DNA of 64,000 nucleotides from an uncultured delta proteobacterium (GTDB lineage: Bacteria; Desulfobacterota; Syntrophobacteria; Syntrophobacterales; Syntrophobacteraceae). The position numbers and the translations under genes were made by a program. Below are positions 32,401 through 43,325 of this stretch, piece after piece. The stretch spans positions 49,412 through 113,411 of the forward strand of contig CAWEHK010000039.1 in assembly GCA_963808625.1 (NCBI GenBank), written 5' to 3'. Under the pieces are notes generated by a model, which ran no database searches, had not been told where the DNA came from, and worked only from the letters and a program-made list of their open reading frames with translations. Position 1 is the first letter of the stretch. The number at the start of each line of letters is the position of its first letter.

Positions 32401-33297
32401 GTGAAGGTGAAAACGCACCAAACCGGAGACAAGCTCATTGGTCTGGGATTTTTGGTGATAGCGTCCATTTCTATTCTGGTGCTTTTCATGATCCTCGTAT
32501 TCCTCTTTGTGGAAGGCCTGCCCATACTCAAAAAAGTGTCCGTATGGGGTTTCATTTTTGGACAGGAATGGTATCCCACCTCGTCACCTCCCGACTTTGG
32601 CATATTTCCGTTGTTGGCAGCTTCTCTTGCGGTCACCTTCCTCTCCGCGCTCATGGCCATCCCCCTGGGAGTCATGACGGCCATCTATCTTGCTGAAATC
32701 GCTTCGGCCCGGATTCGTGAGATCATTAAGCCCGTCGTTGAGTTATTGGCGGCCTTGCCGTCAGTCGTCATCGGCTTTTTTGGCATGGTCGTGGTGGCTC
32801 CCTTCTTACAGGATACGCTTGATCTTGCGACCGGATTGAACCTTTTTAACGCCGCGTTGATGCTGGCTTTCATGTCGGTCCCCACGATCTGCAGCATCTC
32901 CGAGGATGCGATTTACAGCGTCCCGCGGGAACTGAAGGAAGCCTCGCTGGCGCTGGGGGCCACGCACTGGGAGACCATCCGCCGGGTCTTGGTTCCGGCC
33001 TCTTTATCGGGAATCAGTACGGCCGTTATCCTGGGGATGTCTCGCGCCATCGGTGAAACCATGGTCGTGCTGATGGTAGCAGGCGGGGCGGCGATGATCC
33101 CGACCTCCATATTCAAGCCGGTGCGGCCCATGCCGGCGAGTATCGCGGCGGAAATGGCCGAGGCCCCGTTTCGCGGAGATCACTATCATGCGTTGTTTGC
33201 GATCGGCATTGTGCTTTTCCTTTTTACCCTGTGTTTCAATCTGGTGGCGGATCACATTGCCCAGAAACACAAGCAGGTGGGGGCGGCTACCCTTTGA
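32401..33297 (+). CDS. pstC: Phosphate ABC transporter permease PstC
   Basis: ELLAALPSVVIG, EASLALGAT, RAIGETM. Confidence 0.95.
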   Translation: MKVKTHQTGDKLIGLGFLVIASISILVLFMILVFLFVEGLPILKKVSVWGFIFGQEWYPTSSPPDFGIFPLLAASLAVTFLSALMAIPLGVMTAIYLAEIASARIREIIKPVVELLAALPSVVIGFFGMVVVAPFLQDTLDLATGLNLFNAALMLAFMSVPTICSISEDAIYSVPRELKEASLALGATHWETIRRVLVPASLSGISTAVILGMSRAIGETMVVLMVAGGAAMIPTSIFKPVRPMPASIAAEMAEAPFRGDHYHALFAIGIVLFLFTLCFNLVADHIAQKHKQVGAATL

Positions 33298-33311
33298 CAA
33301 GGCTGGCAGAA

Positions 33312-34283
33312 ATGGCGCTCATGGACTCTCAGCCCGGCAGTGCTCACGGTGACCTTTCGCATGAAAGCGACAAGGCGGGCTCGCAAGGCAAACATGGCAG
33401 CAATGTCCTGGCGGCATCGCAGAGTGGATCTCTTACCCGCAATCGTCGCTGGGTCCAGGCCGGCTTTTTCAGCCTGTTCCGCATTGCGGCCATGATCAAC
33501 GGGCTGGCCCTTTTCATCGTCGTTGCTTTTCTGCTCGTGAATGGCTGGCGTGCCATCAACTGGACCTTTCTCAGCCAGATGCCCCTGGATTCCATGACCC
33601 GGGGAGGCATCTTCCCCTGTATCGTAGGCACCTTTTTCCTGAGCTTTGGAGCCATGATCGTGGCGTTTCCGTGGGGCGTGGCGTCGGCGATCTACCTCCA
33701 TGAATATGCACGGCCCGGAACGATATTGCGTGTGGTCCGCCTTGGGATCAATAATCTTGCGGGGGTGCCATCGATTGTGTTCGGCCTTTTCGGGCTGGCC
33801 TTTTTTGTGATCTGGTGCAATCTAAAGGTAAGTCTGCTGTCCGGCGCTCTGACGCTCGGGGCGCTTATCCTGCCGGTCATTATCGGCACGGCCGAGGAAG
33901 CTCTGCGGGCGGTTCCGGCAACCTACCGGGAAGCGTCTCTCGCCCTGGGGGCCACGAAGTGGCAGACCATCTACCGCGTGGTTTTGCCCGCGGCTTTTCC
34001 CGGGATGTTAACCGGATGTATCCTTGGCGTCAGCCGGGCAGCGGGAGAAACCGCGGCCATTATGTTCACCGCCGCCGTATTCTTCACGCGCCAATTGCCT
34101 TCCTCGTTCTTTGATCCGGTGATGGCGCTGCCGTATCACATTTACGTCCTCGCCACTGCGGGAACCCAAATTGAACTCACCCGCCCGCTCCAATACGGCA
34201 CGGCCCTGGTGCTCATCGCCCTGGTTTTCAGTATGAACCTGATTGCGATCTTCTTTCGCGCCCGCCTGCAACGAAGGTTTTGA
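33312..34283 (+). CDS. pstA: Phosphate ABC transporter permease PstA
   Basis: NLAGVPSIVFGLFG, EASLALGATKWQ, RAAGETA, ALPYHIY. Confidence 0.95.
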   Translation: MALMDSQPGSAHGDLSHESDKAGSQGKHGSNVLAASQSGSLTRNRRWVQAGFFSLFRIAAMINGLALFIVVAFLLVNGWRAINWTFLSQMPLDSMTRGGIFPCIVGTFFLSFGAMIVAFPWGVASAIYLHEYARPGTILRVVRLGINNLAGVPSIVFGLFGLAFFVIWCNLKVSLLSGALTLGALILPVIIGTAEEALRAVPATYREASLALGATKWQTIYRVVLPAAFPGMLTGCILGVSRAAGETAAIMFTAAVFFTRQLPSSFFDPVMALPYHIYVLATAGTQIELTRPLQYGTALVLIALVFSMNLIAIFFRARLQRRF

Positions 34284-34382
34284 TGTCGGATGTCGGATTT
34301 CGGATTTCGGATTTCGGATGTCGGATTTCGGATGTCGGATTTCGGATTTGGGATTTCGGATTTCGGATTTGAGATGTGGGAT
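34281..34382 (+). repeat. Heptamer array, left arm flanking the four-helix-bundle gene
   Basis: TGATGTC GGATGTC GGATTTC...; begins at the pstA stop codon. Confidence 0.92.
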
Positions 34383-34395
34383 TATTGAGGTTTCA

Positions 34396-34758
34396 TCATT
34401 GCTGAGGCTTGGGAGATTTGGTGCTTTTTCCGGTTGCAACAAAGATGGATAGCAATTCATCACACTCCTTTTGCATTGGCTCCAGGACATCATGAGCGAG
34501 CAAATCCATTTCGGCCAACAATTCCAGCCAGTACAAGGTCTCATCTGCTTCCTGTTCGACGATTCCGATCTTGGAAATGAAATCAGCTCGGGATCGAGCT
34601 CTGCAAGCTTCCCTGTAATTCGCTCCAATGCTTGTACCGGACTTCAAGAGCTGATAGCCGACTACGTCGGTTGTTCTGTTCTTCGGCAAAGAGGCTACCA
34701 GCTCGATAACCTTTATAGCGAACTCTTTAGTGCGCCTCCGAAGGTCCTCCCTATTCAT
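34396..34758 (-). CDS. Four helix bundle protein (23S rRNA IVP-like, TIGR02436-type)
   Basis: RTKEFA, QLLKSGTSIGANYREA, SRADFISK, EADETLYWLELL; AGGAG RBS. Confidence 0.93.
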   Translation of the reverse strand: MNREDLRRRTKEFAIKVIELVASLPKNRTTDVVGYQLLKSGTSIGANYREACRARSRADFISKIGIVEQEADETLYWLELLAEMDLLAHDVLEPMQKECDELLSIFVATGKSTKSPKPQQ

Positions 34759-34804
34759 GATCTGCTCCTAAACCTCCGTTCAAATTCCCCGTTTTCCATA
34801 CAGA

Positions 34805-34930
34805 AATCCAAAACCAATCTGACACATCCCACAGTTGCGACCCGATATCCAACATCCCACATCCTCCATCCGCAATCCGCAATCCACCATCCACCATCCC
34901 CAATCCGAAATCCGAAATCCGAAATCCCCA
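34805..34930 (-). repeat. Heptamer array, right arm (inverted relative to the left arm)
   Basis: ATCCCAC/ATCCGCA/ATCCACC/ATCCGAA units, the reverse complement of the GGAT heptamers; abuts the phoU stop. Confidence 0.88.
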
Positions 34931-34932
34931 AT

Positions 34933-35592
34933 TCATTCCTGGCAATGGTGCTTGATGTTGACTCCCTTGTTGATAAAGATGACACTCTCGGCAATGTTCG
35001 TCGCCTGATCGGCAACGCGCTCCAGGCAGCGGGCGGCGATGATCGTTTGCACTGACCTTTCCACGGCCGGGAGCTCTTCGACCATATACTCCAGGAGATC
35101 CTTAAGGACTCTGACATTCATATCATCGGCGGCATCGTCCATCTGGCAGACCTCCATTGCCTCCTCTGAGTTCTCATTAACAAAAGCGTGAATAACAGTG
35201 CGGAACATGTCGAGAGCAATCTGTCCCAGCTGTTCCATGGCCGGATTGGGGGGCAAGGGCGGTCTGCTGCTCAGGAATTGCGCTCGCTGCGCGATGTTGA
35301 CCGCCTGGTCTCCGGTCCGTTCCAGATCCACCGCAATCCTCATACACCCGACGATAAAGCGCAAGTCGCGGGCCATTGGCTGATCCAGGGCGAGGAGGCG
35401 CAGGGATTGCCTGTCGATGTTGACTTCTAACATGTTGATCTCCTGATCGCCCCCGACAACCTCATCGGCCAGTTGCATGTCACGTTCGAGAATGGCTCGA
35501 ATGGACTTCTCCAGAGCCCTTTCCGACAAAGCAGCCATCTGCAGTATCATCATTTTGAGCTCTTCCAATTCCTTATGAAAACGGCTATCCAT
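34933..35592 (-). CDS. phoU: Phosphate signalling protein PhoU
   Basis: QPMARDLR, DLERTGD, LERVADQATNIAE. Confidence 0.96.
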   Translation of the reverse strand: MDSRFHKELEELKMMILQMAALSERALEKSIRAILERDMQLADEVVGGDQEINMLEVNIDRQSLRLLALDQPMARDLRFIVGCMRIAVDLERTGDQAVNIAQRAQFLSSRPPLPPNPAMEQLGQIALDMFRTVIHAFVNENSEEAMEVCQMDDAADDMNVRVLKDLLEYMVEELPAVERSVQTIIAARCLERVADQATNIAESVIFINKGVNIKHHCQE

Positions 35593-35603
35593 TTGCTAGA
35601 CTC

Positions 35604-36366
35604 CTAACCGAAGCGGCCAGTGATATAATCTTCGGTCTGCCGAATCTTGGGTTTTGTGAAAAGGGTTTCGGTTGCATCCATCTCAATAAGCTTGCCCATG
35701 TAGAAAAAAGCCGTGTAATCGGATACTCGTGCAGCCTGCTGCATATTGTGCGTAACGATGACGATGGTGTAAGTCGCCTTAAGTTGATCAATCAACTCTT
35801 CAATTTTCTGGGAGGCGATGGGGTCAAGCGCCGAGGCGGGTTCATCCATGAGCAGGATTTCCGGTTCCACGGCGAGGGCGCGGGCGATACAGAGGCGCTG
35901 CTGCTGGCCCCCGGAAAGGCTAAGCGCAGAACCATGGAGCCGATCCTTGACCTCATCCCACAAGGCTGCCTGCCGCAGGCTCTGTTCCACGCGTTCGGCG
36001 ACGAACAGTCGATCCTTGACTCCGTTCACCCGCAAGCCGTAGGCTACGTTTTCAAAGTTGGTCTTCGGAAAAGGGTTCGGCTTTTGAAAGACCATGCCCA
36101 CCCGGCGCCGCAGGCTCACCACATCCACTTTCGGATCGTTGATGTTCTCGCCCATCCAAGATGATTTCGCCCTCCACCCGACTGGTTGGAACGAGATCAT
36201 TCATCCGGTTCAGGCAGCGCAGGAAGGTGCTCTTGCCGCAACCTGACGGGCCAATAAGAGCGGTCACCTGATTCTCATAGAAGTCGAGAGATATATCCTG
36301 CAATGCATGAAAATCACCATAATAAAAATCGAGGTGCTTTGCTGCGATCTTCACGAGCGTATTCAT
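35604..36366 (-). CDS. pstB: Phosphate ABC transporter ATPase PstB, indel near 36150
   Basis: GPSGCGKST...LNRMND in one frame; [27 protein letters not shown] in the next. Confidence 0.93.
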
Positions 36367-36436
36367 TTCCTTATCCTTAGTTTTAAAGCAGTGACCAGTG
36401 GCTAGTGCACACGGACATAAGTTCGTGCATGCCCCC

Positions 36437-36511
36437 GGTGGGCAAAAAAAACCTGCCCACCCTACGGAACCGGGAACACTGTAGGGTGGGCACAGGTTCT
36501 CCGTGCCCACC
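36437..36511. repeat. GTAG-type REP pair, itself flanked by inverted TAGCCAC/GTGGCTA heptamers
   Basis: GGTGGGCA..TGCCCACCCTAC and GTAGGGTGGGCAC..GTGCCCACC. Confidence 0.75.
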
Positions 36512-36560
36512 GGAACTGGCTACCGATTTCCGCCCAAGTGTACTAGCCACTAGCCACTAA

Positions 36561-38374
36561 TCACTGCTCCTCCGCGCTCACCAGAGTGAAGGTGAATGTC
36601 GCGCCATCGGTGTGACCGGGGTTAGGGCTCTGGACCCAAATCTGGCCCCCATGATTGAGGATGATGTGTCGGCATATAGCCAATCCAAGACCAGTATTTC
36701 CCAGATCGCTGCCGCGACTTTTCTCGATTCGGTAGAATCGTTCAAAGATTCTCTGCTGATGATATTTCGGAATGCCGGGTCCATCGTTGCTCACACTGAT
36801 CGTCACAGTGTTGCCTTCCGCGTAGCCATCCACGGTAATGGTCCCGCCTTCGGGGCTATAGCGGATTCCGTTTTCGAGCAAATTCCGAAAGACTCTGACG
36901 AGTTGGTCAAGGTCAGCCGAGACGTAAACCAGCTTTGCCGGTATATTGCTTGCCAGGCTTACGTGCTTGGCCTCAGCGAGGGGAAGGCAAGCCCTCCACG
37001 CAGCCATCAGGGCTTCCGTTGGGCTCACCGGGACCGGTTTGAGACCATCCCGCCCGGCTTCCATCCTGGCCAATTGGAGCAGGTCGTCCACGATGCGCAC
37101 CATGTGATTGGTGTTCTTGAGGATCACTTCCAGGAAAGAAGAGAGCACTTCGGCCTCCGGTTGAGGTTTTGCCAGCAGCGTCTCGGTATATCCTTTGATG
37201 GAAGTGAGGGGAGTGCGGAGCTCATGAGAAACATTGGCTACAAAATCCTGGCGCACCTTTTCGAGCTGTTTCAGGCGGCTCATGTCGTGAAAGACGACCA
37301 CTGCCCCGCCGTTCGCATCCTGGTCCGGCAAGCGAACGATGTTGACCTCAAAAGTGCGGTCGTTTCCGATGAGAATAAGCAGGTACTGAGGAGGATAAGA
37401 CTGCTGATACTGATCTTTTGAAGCCAAAATACGATCACAGGCTTCCTGAAGCTCCAGACTGAGAACAACTTCAAGAGGGCGACGCCCCAAGACCTTTCCT
37501 GTGCGCCCAGCAGCTCGGAAAGAGCGCGATTGACACCTTGGATCCTTCCTTTCGAATCCAACACCATCACCCCGTCCCGCATCGCATTGAAGACGGCATC
37601 GAGCTCTTGTCGCTGCGCTGTCAAGGCCAGAAACCGGCGTCCCGTGTTTTCTGCCATGCGGTTGATGGTGTCCGCCAAAGCATACAACTCTTCGCCGGGT
37701 GTGAAATGGATGTGCTGCCTGGTGTCCCCTTCGCCAATGCTCTCCACGGCCTGAGCCACTGAGCCGAGGTCTTTTTTGAGTCTGCGGATCAAAAAGTGAC
37801 TGAGCCATGCCGCCGCGACGAAAGCCAGAGGAACGATTAGAAAAAAGAGATTTCTCAAACGCTCAACGAGGCCTTGAATTTCAGCCACGGGGGCGGCAAC
37901 CCGGATGACACCGGCGGGAATTCCATCTCTTGGTTGGATGCTCCTCGCCGCAAAAACCTGCTCGCTCCCCGTAATCTTGCTGAAGCGAGTCATGAAGCCG
38001 ATCTCGTCATGCAGTGCCTGGGAGATTTCCGGGCGACCTGAAAAGTCCTCCAGGTCTTTGATCTGATCAAAGGGAACCATTGAATCGGCCAATACCTGCC
38101 CGTTGTAGGCGACGTAAGTCACGCGGAGGTTGAGGGGTTTGGCAATTGCCAGAATCCACTCCTGCAATTGTTCGGGATTTTGAAATTCCTCGTGCTGAGC
38201 CATCAAGGAACAAACGAGATTCAGTTGCTGGGTCAGGTTTTGTTTTACCTCGTTATGGATGCCATAGTGCAGCTTTGTATAGGCATACCATGAAGGGAAG
38301 ATGAGGGTGAGGGCCAGCAACCCCCAAAGCGAAAGGATGAGGATCGTTCTGAAAGAAACACTATCGCGCATCAC
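36561..38374 (-). CDS. phoR: Phosphate regulon sensor kinase PhoR (TM, HAMP, PAS, HisKA, HATPase), indel near 37480
   Basis: FVANVSHELRTPL, NLLENGIRY, NDGPGI, FERFYR, GLGLAI. Confidence 0.9.
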
Positions 38375-38449
38375 CCGGCCTCGTGAATTTCATGTGGGCA
38401 GACGCCCGCAAAGCATAAAGACGATCCCTCGGGTTCCAGAGCTCATACA

Positions 38450-38478
38450 CTCAGCACCCAGCACTCAGCACCCAGCAC
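38450..38478. repeat. Short heptamer array (CAGCACY)n
   Basis: ctcagcacccagcactcagcacccagcact. Confidence 0.75.
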
Positions 38479-39165
38479 TACTTCTTCCCTAAACGATAGC
38501 CGACACCGCGCACGGTCTCGACCCAGTGAGAGTAAGCGCCGAGCTTCTGGCGCAGGCGCCGCACGTGGGTGTCTACGGTTCGGGCATAACCTTCGAACTG
38601 ATATCCCCAGACTTTATCAAGCAGTTGCTCGCGGGTCTGCACTTTTCCCCGGCTGCGAACGAGTTCCACCAGCAGCTTGAATTCGGTCGCGGTAAGCAGG
38701 ATCTCTTCGCCATCAGTGCTCACTTGATGCCCTTCGAAGTCGATGCGAAGCCCTTCATTTTGCCAGACCGACTTCCGCCATCGGTTCTCCCGAGGAGCGG
38801 CGCAAAATGGCGCGGACACGCAGCATCAGCTCCCGAGGACTAAAGGGTTTGACCACATAGTCGTCGGCCCCCAGCTCCAAACCCACAATGCGGTCAACCT
38901 CTTCTCCCCTTGCGGTCAGCATGATCACCGGAATGTTCCGGGTTTCCGCGCTTCTTTTGAGTTCTTTGCAGACTTCAAAGCCGTCGAGCCCTGGAATCAT
39001 CAAATCGAGCAGGATCAGGTCGGGAAGGCGCTGCTTGGCCATGGTGAGGGCTGCGTAGCCTTCCTCGCAGGTCAGGACCTCGTATCCTGCAGCCCGAAGA
39101 TTATAAGCCAAGAGCCCGAGAATATCGTTATCGTCTTCCACAACCAGGATGCTGACTTTGGACAT
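38478..39165 (-). CDS. phoB: Phosphate regulon response regulator PhoB (OmpR family), indel near 38770
   Basis: [52 protein letters not shown]. Confidence 0.9.
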
Positions 39166-39210
39166 GCTCCACTCCCGATGAATTCAACCATGCAAAGGGA
39201 CCATGCCTCG

Positions 39211-39248
39211 ATGACGCATTCGTGACCGTAATGTTACAGCTCAGTTAC
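39211..39248 (-). promoter_or_regulatory. Pho-box-like array upstream of phoB (autoregulation)
   Basis: Minus strand GTAAC-N6-GTAAC-N6-GTCAC-N6-GTCAT, exact 11-bp period. Confidence 0.82.
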
Positions 39249-39286
39249 ATTGTCTTCTGATTCGGCAAAAAAGGCAATTCGTTCCT

Positions 39287-39324
39287 GTCACGAAAATACC
39301 TCGAAACCGAAACACTCCCGTCAA
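39287..39324 (+). promoter_or_regulatory. Weaker Pho-box-like array toward the methyltransferase operon
   Basis: GTCAC 39287, GAAAC 39309, GTCAA 39320 (in 11-bp phase). Confidence 0.45.
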
Positions 39325-39378
39325 AAGAGCGGTGTTAAAAGCAAGCGTGACACATTCCAATGAGCGAAGGACTTAACG

Positions 39379-40070
39379 ATGCAAACACTCAGTCTAAACA
39401 ACGACCTCTTGAAGGACATTTTCAAGTATGCGAAACCACTGGGGCATAACGAAAAGCCGGCCAATCTGAATCTTGGTTTTGGCTTCCTATACTATGGCCT
39501 GGTAAGGGCGCTGCGCCCCCGGCATGTCCTGGTGATCGGCTCCGGCTTTGGTTTCAGCCTGGTCTGCCTGGCCCTCGGGCTCAAGGACAATGACCAGGGC
39601 AGCTTACTTTCGTCGATCCCGCGTATTCCTTGTTGAAAGACGGACCGTTCAAGACCATCGGCGGCACCGGGAAATGGAGCGATCCTCAAAAGGTGCATGA
39701 CCATTTCAAGCTCTTTGAAGTTGAGGACTTCATCACCCACCACAAGCTGAGAAGTGATGAGTTCTTCCCGTCCTATGCAAGCCTTCGGCTTCCTGAAATT
39801 GATGTTGCGTTCATTGATGGCAGTCATGCTTATAAAGACGTCAAGTATGATTTCCTCAGGACCTTGGAGCATTCGCACAAAAACACCTACATCTTCTTAC
39901 ACGACACCCACATTTACATTCGCGAAATGCTGCACCATGCGGGTGTCAAACGTTGGCTGAAAATCCTGAAAAGGGAAGAGGAATTCTTTGAGGTCATCAA
40001 TTTTCCCTTCTCTTCAGGCGTGGCCCTGGTTCGAGTGATGCAAGACACCGTATGGAAGTATACGAAATAA
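39379..40070 (+). CDS. Class I SAM-dependent methyltransferase (Methyltransf_24-like), indel near 39610
   Basis: LVRALRPRHVLVIGSGFGFS, FIDGSHAY, LHDT. Confidence 0.8.
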
Positions 40071-40784
40071 GAGCTTTCGCAGGCATCTTCGTCGTTTCCG
40101 GACTGTTACTTGTTCTTGGTTTCGTTTATTGGCGTTACGTCTGGTTCTTTCGGAACCCCCCCAGAAATCCTCCCCCCGGAACGGGAATCCTGAGCCCGGC
40201 AGACGGCACGGTCGTCTACGCCAGGATTGTGGAACCCGAAGAGGACGTGATCACCGATCAAGCGGGGCGCCAGGGTTTCGGTCAACGACATCGTGCGCGA
40301 GCACCTCACCCTGAGGAAAGTCTTGATCGGGATCTTCATGAGTCCTTTCGACGTCCATTTCAATCGTGCGCCCCTCTCCGGGCAAATCCAGTTCATCCGT
40401 CATTATCCCGCCGTTAAGAAAAATGTCCACATGGGATCGATGCATTTGCGCACGGTCTTGAAACTCGCCCCCCTCTCCAAAAACAGTCTGCATATTGTGC
40501 AGAACGAGAGGACCATCACGAAAATTGACGGAGAGTTCAAGGGAGACGCCCTCTCCTGCTATGTGATCCAAATCGCCGGGGGGAGTGTCCGAGGGATCGA
40601 TAGTTACTTTCGGGAAGGGGAAAAAGTTGAACGAGGAGCGATCTTCGGGATGATCCGCATTGGCTCCCAGGTGGATCTTATCGTTCCTCTAAAGGAAGGA
40701 ATGAAAATGAGGGTGCATCCGGGGCAAAGGGTGCGCGCCGGGGAAACGGTGCTCATTGAATATGAAAAGGATACTAAACTATGA
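40052..40784 (+). CDS. psd: Phosphatidylserine decarboxylase family protein, indel near 40260
   Basis: N-terminal TM, FFRNP, LSPADG, IFMSPFDVHFNRAP, NER, GMIRIGSQVD (GS self-cleavage site). Confidence 0.85.
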
Positions 40785-43235
40785 AAGTCGATCTGCACGT
40801 CCACTCCAAGTACTCGAAGCGGCCCGCTGAGTGGATCCTTCAAAAGCTCGGCTGCCCTGAGAGTTTCACCGAACCTTTTCAGGTCTACGGATCGCCAAGG
40901 AAAAGGGGATGTCACTGGTCACGATTACCGATCACAATACCATTGCCGGCTGCCTGGAAATCGCCCATCTCCCCGATGTCTTCATCAGCGAAGAGGTGAC
41001 AACGTATTTCCCGCAGGACCGGTGCAAGGCTCACGTCCTGGTTTACAATATCGACGAAGAGATTCATCACGAGATCCAGAAGGTGCGGGAAAGCATCTTT
41101 GATCTCGTGGCTTACCTGCACGCCAAGGGGATCGTTCATGCGCTGGCGCACCCCCTCTTTGCCGTCAATGATCGCTTGACCATCGAGCATTTCGAACAGT
41201 TCCTGCTGCTGTTCCGGAACTTTGAACTGAACGGGGCGCGGCATGACGACCAGAACCGTCATTTGCAGTACATCCTGTCCGGTTTGACACCAGCCGATAT
41301 CGAGAGGCTGGCGAACAAACATGGCATATCGCCGCTTTTTGAAAGACCGTGGCAGAAGCACCTCACGGGAGGTTCCGACGATCACAGCTCGCTGAATATC
41401 GCCCGACAATATACGGACATAGCCATCACCGGCAACGCGGATGAGTTCCTGCGAGCGATTGAAACCGATCAGACAAGGATCGTTGGCCGCCCATCGACGG
41501 CGCAAACCATGGCCCACAATCTCTATGGCATTGCCTACCAATTCTACAAGAATAAATTCAACCTCGAGCGCCATGTGGATAAGGACATTTTCTTGAGGTT
41601 TCTCGATCGTTTTCTCCAGAACGATCAGCAGGAAAGCGGTCTGTTCACAAAGCTCTACTCGCTCTGGAATCACCGCAAACGGCCCAGGAACAATGGCGCG
41701 GCGCCGCACCGGGTGCAGGATGTGCTGCGTCATGAAACGCTGAGACTCATATGGGACGACCCGGAACTCATGGACATGGTCAAAAATGGTGGCAACGGCG
41801 GAGCTAACCCTGACAACAAATGGTTCCAGTTCGTCAACCAACTCTCAAACAAGGTGCTCGCCCATTTTGGTAATCATATACTGGACAACCTTTCCGGGGC
41901 GAACTTGTTCAAAATGTTCCATTCCCTCGGTTCCGCCGGCGCCCTCTACGCGGTCCTTGCCCCATACTTCGTGGCCTTCTCGATGTTCGCAAAAGAAAAA
42001 CAACTTTCTGAACAAATCCTGGAAAGATTCACGAGCGGGCGACTCACCGGGCAGGCGAAAAAGCGAAGGCGTCAGGGTGGCTCATTTCACGGACACCTAC
42101 TATGATGTAAACGGCGTTGCGCTTACCCTGCAACATCAGGTGCAAATGGCCCTGAAAACGAAGAAGAACCTGACGGTGATCACGTGCAACGCCGAACATC
42201 GGCCCCATGGCAAGGGAGTGCAGAATTTCCAGCCGGTCGGCGTGCAGGAGGTGCCCGAATATCCGGAACTCAAGCTCTTTCGTTCCCCCATTCCTGGAAA
42301 TACTCAATTATTGCTACGAACAAGGTTTCACCCAGATCCATGCGGCAACTCCCGGCCCCATCGGACTGGCGGCCCTGGCAATCGCACGCATTTTCAAGCT
42401 GCCCATTTGTGGGACCTACCACACGGCGTTGCCCCAATACGCTCAATATTTGACGGGCGACAATACGATTGAAGACCTCGTATGGCGATTCACCATGTGG
42501 TACTACGAACAGATGGATTACGTATATGTTCCTTCGAGGAGCACCGCTCAGGAGTTGATTCAGAAGGGGATCCGACCTGAGCGGATAAGGTTTTTCCCCC
42601 GCGGTGTCGATATCCGGCGTTTCCACCCGTCTAAACGAAACCCTCAGTTCCTTCGCGATCGCTTCCAGATCGGTGACGGGATGAAATTGCTCTATGTGGG
42701 CCGCATCTCCAAAGAAAAGGATCTTCCGCTCCTGGCAGAGGTCTTTAAAACGCTGTGGAAGGCGCATGAAGAATTGCAGCTTATCGTTGTTGGAGACGGA
42801 CCTTATCTCAACGAACTTCGGGAAAGCATGAAAGGCAGTCCTTGTGTATTCACCGGTTACCTGGAAGGGGAGGACCTTGCAACCGTCTACGCCTCCTGTG
42901 ACCTCTTTGTTTTCCCGAGCACCACGGATACCTTCGGCAATGTGGTCCTGGAGGCCCAGGCTTCAGGAATTCCAGTGGCCGTTACGGACTCGGGCGGGCC
43001 GCAGGAAAACGTTATCCCGGAAAAAACCGGTCTCGTAGTCGAAGCGCATAATGCCGAAAGTTTGCTGTATGCGATTCGCTGGTTCATCCGCAGTCCCCTC
43101 TGCCGGAAGCGGATGGGCGAGGCTGCCCGGCGCTATATGGAAGACCGCTCCTTCGAAAACGCTTTCGACGAAACCTGGGAAATGTATCAGACCGGGCACA
43201 TAGTCCCGGAATGCTCGCTGGATGAAGCCGTATGA
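40781..43235 (+). CDS. PHP-domain / GT4 glycosyltransferase fusion, three indels
   Basis: DLHVHS, TDHN, AHP, GGSDDH (PHP); FTDTYYDVNGVA, TPGPIG, YHT, YVGRISKEK, TDTFGNVVLEAQASG (GT4). Confidence 0.85.
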
Positions 43236-43286
43236 ACCGCTTACTCTCCTATTGCTCGCACTGACAATCATCACATTTATCACATC

Positions 43287-43325
43287 TGTCAACAAATCTT
43301 CACAGAGCCTTCAACTGATCTTCAT
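43287..43325 (+). promoter_or_regulatory. Pho-box-like array upstream of the leader and response regulator
   Basis: TGTCAA 43287, CTTCAC 43298, CTTCAA 43309, CTTCAT 43320. Confidence 0.6.

Noticed and set aside
34396..34758. 23S rRNA intervening sequence or DGR avd
   Set aside because: No rRNA or RT nearby; flanked by pstA and phoU
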